Positions 60,319-64,000 of a DNA stretch of 64,000 nucleotides are shown in pieces. Below the pieces are notes generated by a model, which did not search any database, was not told where the DNA came from, and worked only from the letters and a program-made list of their open reading frames with translations. The position numbers were made by a program, and so were the translations under genes. Source of the stretch: Phaeosaccion multiseriatum (taxonomy: Eukaryota > Protista > Ochrophyta, other classes); NCBI GenBank assembly GCA_965112735.1, contig OZ218959.1:1364001-1428000 (forward strand). The letters run 5' to 3'. Numbering within the stretch: position 1 is the stretch's first letter; each line of letters begins with the position of its first letter.

Positions 60319-63207
60319 ATCCAGACTGGCTGAGTGGTGCGCTGTCCTCATGGGGCCCACCCGCTTGCTAAGTAGTCGCCAGCCTGTTACTGATGGGCAA
60401 TACAAGACTGTATTCGCTTAGCGAACTGCCTCCACTCAAGCCAAGACGAAACAACCGTAGAGCCTGACTGACCATCATTCCTCAGTGGCTTAATGCGACA
60501 AACTTGCAACGTACATACACTGACACTCAGTGACTTACTCCCATGCCTTCACTGACTTAATCCTTCCTTCACTGACTTACCCCTTCCGACAGGTGCAGGC
60601 CCTGGAGGAGCAGTCGGCTATGGAGCAGCTCAAGGGCACGGGTGCAGGCGGGCATATGGGCATAATGGGCATGCTCGATAGCAGCGCACTGGCCAGTCGA
60701 GCCGCGCACATGGGCTTTCGTAGTGGAGGCTTCATGGTTGTGGGGAGCAGCAGGCGGCGGCCCCGCACCAGTCACAGCAGTAGTAATAGTAACGGCAACG
60801 GTAACGACAACGGTAACGGCAACGGTAACGGTAGTGGCAGTGGCAGCGGTAACAGAGACCATCCGGCGTTGAGGGTGGGGAGACGTGCGCTGCGTGGAGG
60901 TGGGGGTGGGGGGGGCGCCGGTGGACGCGTCTCGAGCGTTCCGGGGGGGGCGGGGGGGGCAGGGGGGGCAGGGGGGGCAGGGGGCAATGCGCCGATGGAC
61001 GAGGTCTTACCGATTGAGGTCCGACCTCAGCTGCAGCCTTTGCAGGAGTCGGAGGGGGGCGGGGGGCGCAGGGAGCTTCACCAGCAAGGGGGGGGCAGCC
61101 ACAGCAACAGCAGTAGCACGAATTCGACGCCCAGGGCTTCACTCGCCCCACTGACAATGTCACAAATGGCTTTGTCCAACGCAGGAGAGTTCTCCGCGAT
61201 AGACTTGTCGGAAGTGGGTCCTCCCGGGGGCGGCGGCGGTGAAGGAGGAGGAGGAGGAGGAGGAGGGGATGGGGACGAAGAGGAAGAGCTGAAACCAACC
61301 TCGTACGAGCGACAACGTTCGTTGTGGGCGGTGCCGCTCATCAGCAGAACAACGCCCATCGCGCCTCAAGCGGGTGTGAGGGACTACCTGCTGGCCTGGT
61401 TCAAGCTCTGCGAGCTACAGGTGGTGCTGAGTGTGTTTACGCTGACGGTGGAGCAGGTGGTGGCCATTATGAACAACTTCCCGACATGTTCTTTCCTCCG
61501 TGTGGCGGCCGTACTGGTCATGTTCGACTCCATTATCGATGTGCAGAATTTGGATGAGCTCATGGACGAGCTTACGCCGGCGGAGGAGCAGGTATGAGAG
61601 AGGGAGGGGAGAGAAGGGGAGGGAGAGAGGGAGGGGGGGAGGGAGAGAGGGAGGAAGGGAGGGAGGGAGGGAGGGAGGGAGGGAGGGAGGGAGGGAGGGA
61701 GGGAGGGAGGGAGGGAGGGAGGGAGGGAGGGAGGGAGGGAGGGAGGGAGGGAGGGAGGGAGGGAGGGAGGGAGGGAGGGAGGGAGGGAGGGAGGGAGGGA
61801 GGGAGGGAGGGAGGGAGGGAGGGAGGGAGGGAGGGAGGGAGGAAGGGAGGGAGGGAGGGAGGGAGGGAGGGAGGGAGGGAGGGAGGGAGGGAGCGGAGCA
61901 AGCAAGTGATGCCAAGCAGACTGATCTGGTATGCTCATGCTCATAGCCTTGCCATGCAGTCATCGGCTTCTCCTGCAAACATACATACATACAACACAGT
62001 ACAATACAACAACTCACTAACAACAACAGGAACTCGGAGCCCCGCACGTCTATAACACTTTCTACCCTCATGCCTTGACATGCCTCACTCCTTCGTTCAT
62101 TGACTTACCTTCACCGCTCATTCATTGACTGACTTACCACCAACAGGAGCTGGTATGGCGACTCGGAGTCCTACACGTGTACAACCCCATCCGCCCCGAT
62201 CGCTTCTATGACCTTGACCTCACCTCTTATGAAGACCGCACATGGTGCAAGATACTCATTCGGATGGCAGTGGAAGAGCCGGGGGAGAACTGGGACGGGG
62301 AGGAATACTCTTGGTCACAGTGTCAGAAGCCTGTGCCCGGGTGGGACTTGCCTTTAAGTTGGACTACACCGGATCAGAAGCACAAGGTGAGGGGGGAGGG
62401 AGGGAGGGAGGGAGGGAGGGAGGGAGGGAGGGAGGGAGGGAGGGAGGGAGGGAGGGATGGAGGGAGGGAGGGAGGGAGGGATGGAGGGAGGGAGGGAGGG
62501 AGGGAGGGAGGGAGGGATGGAGGGAGGGATGGAGGGAGGGACGGAGAGAGGGAGAGAGGGAGGGAGGGAGGGAGGGAGGGAGGGAGGGAGGAAGGAAGGA
62601 ATGAAGGAAGGAAGGAGTGGTGAAGGGGAGGGAGATGCACGGATCAATTGCTCACTTCCGTAGCTCAGCTCTGGGCCCCAGTCCCGATCTGTCCGTTCCG
62701 CCCTTTCGCGAGGAAGCACCACATTTAGCGTCCTCTTGTCCACACCAAGCCATAGCTGACCTGCCACACACACCTCTCGCACACCTAACTGCCCACCTAC
62801 CTCCCTCACTCCCTCCCTCCCTACCTTCGCGTGTACCTACCTACCTACCTACCTACCTACCTACCTACGTACCTCCCTCCCTACCTATCTACCTACCTAC
62901 GTACCTCCCTCCCTCCCTCCCTACCTACCTACCTACGTACCTACCTACCCACCTACCTGTCTATCTACCCACATCCCTGTCCAACCCACCCACCCACCTA
63001 CTCACCCACCCACCCACCCACCTACTCACCCACCCACCCACCCACTGACGCCCTCGCGTCCCTCCCCCCCAGGGCGGCCCCCGTCGCTTCGGCAAGTTAA
63101 CCCTGCGCTACTCAAGTGACCCCCGGAGGGGCTGCAGGCCCAATATAGCACTCAGGGAGGAGCTTTGTGCGCTCGTGCTGGCGGGCTTTCCCATGCCGGA
63201 AACCTGA
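49570..63207 (+). CDS. Large RNI-like (NLRC3-type) LRR protein with an EF-hand pair and repeated C-terminal modules; 16 exons
   Basis: RNI-type LRRs: [91 protein letters not shown] loops [12 protein letters not shown] and [12 protein letters not shown] (~55348-55525). Exons approx. 49570-51390, 51648-51808, 52065-52221, 52438-52727, 53020-53293, 53539-53700, 54037-55590, 56098-56313, 57335-57553, 58952-59126, 59243-59322, 59529-59663, 60032-60223, 60593-61591, 62147-62386, 63073-63207 (TGA). Start and the long low-complexity first exon are less certain. Confidence 0.85.
56543..57252 (+). repeat. 53-bp intronic minisatellite, about 13 copies
   Basis: Unit CAACCCAACTGTTAACACCACCCCTCCACCCACCCAATCAACCAACCCACACG; GTTAAC recurs every 53 nt from 56588 to 57225. 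Confidence 0.95.
57611..58788 (+). repeat. Perfect (GGAG)~294 tract, about 1.18 kb, intronic
   Basis: Uninterrupted GGAG run. Confidence 0.95.
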
Positions 63208-63637
63208 TGTGATGGAGGCATATAGGCATACGTAGGCATACGGAGGCATACAGAGGCATACAGAGGAGGGCTTGACGACATGGGGTAGATGGATATGTAC
63301 ACTGTACATGGAGTATTCCCGTGGTGAAGTGGTGAAGGGACGGAGTCGCGTAGGCGAGATGGAGAAGCAGATGGGAGTTGAGTGTGTTTCCAGCTTGCAG
63401 GTATGACTTGAGAGGAGGTTTTGGGTCTGAATTGATCCCAATCAGAACATTCGCATTCCACCGAGCAACTCGGCTGACTTGAGATGTCTAGCTAGGGCCT
63501 GTTGATGGCCTATGACTCAACCTCAACTTCACCTAGCTAGGGCCTGTTGATGGCCTATGGCTGAAGAGAGCGGTGCTGACAGACGAACATTAACATTAGA
63601 GGGATGAGATGGCGAGGGAAGGTGAGCACCACACCAG

Positions 63638-63838
63638 ATTGCTTCGTCTGGACGTGTCTTCTGCGCCATGTATGGTATGGAGAACCGTAAGGCCCCCGAG
63701 GGGACCACCGCCAACATGGAGGACCGGCGCAGCTTCAAGGCCTGGATTGGCGACGTCAAGGACGGGCAGGTGGTGGACCATCCACTGGTGCCCCTTGCTT
63801 ACGACAAGGATGGGCTCATGACCACGACCAACATGTGA
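63638..63838 (+). pseudogene. Isolated coding-like fragment (orphan exon or gene remnant)
   Basis: After CACACCAG/ it reads IASSGRVFCAMYGMENRKAPEGTTANMEDRRSFKAWIGDVKDGQVVDHPLVPLAYDKDGLMTTTNM* with GC3-rich codons. No upstream exon found. Confidence 0.3.
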
Positions 63839-64000
63839 CGAGCGAGGGCAGTTGTTGGGAAATCTGTAAATCCGAAGCAGGTAGTCTTACCGTCGGAGGT
63901 GAAACGTCAGAGGGCCCCGGCCCCTTGTGCCTGACTGGCTGAGAGCCTCGTCATCATGCCGACTGTGGCTGTCTCTCGGAAAGCCCCTTCAAGCTCCGTC

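Noticed and set aside
35-63100. Hundreds of long ORFs such as poly-GREG, PPSL, YIHT, CVCV and poly-L/R/E/S
   Set aside because: They are translations of stop-free intronic microsatellites; the real exons are short and splice in frame around them.
378-63207. Non-canonical splicing or an alternative genetic code
   Set aside because: All six genes could be assembled with GT-AG introns, standard TGA/TAG stops and no in-frame stops.

Overview
Eukaryotic, GC-rich, intron-dense nuclear DNA. A stramenopile/ochrophyte alga is my inference from gene content and intron style, not something the sequence proves. Most long six-frame ORFs are microsatellite artefacts. Manual GT-AG splicing gives six genes: (1) a 5'-truncated leucine-rich-repeat protein ending in a divergent EH domain (+, <378-14873); (2) CAND1 (+, 15939-27852); (3) a TAP/ABCB9-like ABCB half-transporter (-, 29397-36793); (4) head-to-head with it, a fused FAD-dependent oxidoreductase + CFA-synthase-family methyltransferase (+, 37166-45777), resembling a UfaD-UfaM furan fatty acid enzyme fusion or plant CPA-FAS; (5) a two-exon orphan gene (-, 46546-47833); (6) a large RNI-like LRR/EF-hand protein with a threefold-repeated unknown module (+, 49570-63207). 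The strongest unexplained signals are non-coding. An 11-bp word (GTTGGTGATAC/GTATCACCAAC) occurs in 11 exact copies, in introns and exons, on both strands and often next to splice sites. Several other dispersed motif families seed tandem repeats. Many introns are G/GT-rich at the 5' end and C/AC-rich at the 3' end, which suggests structure-assisted splicing. Branch points and splice sites are repeatedly duplicated. No rRNA, tRNA, CRISPR array or transposase was recognised. Exon coordinates were derived by hand and lack transcript support.
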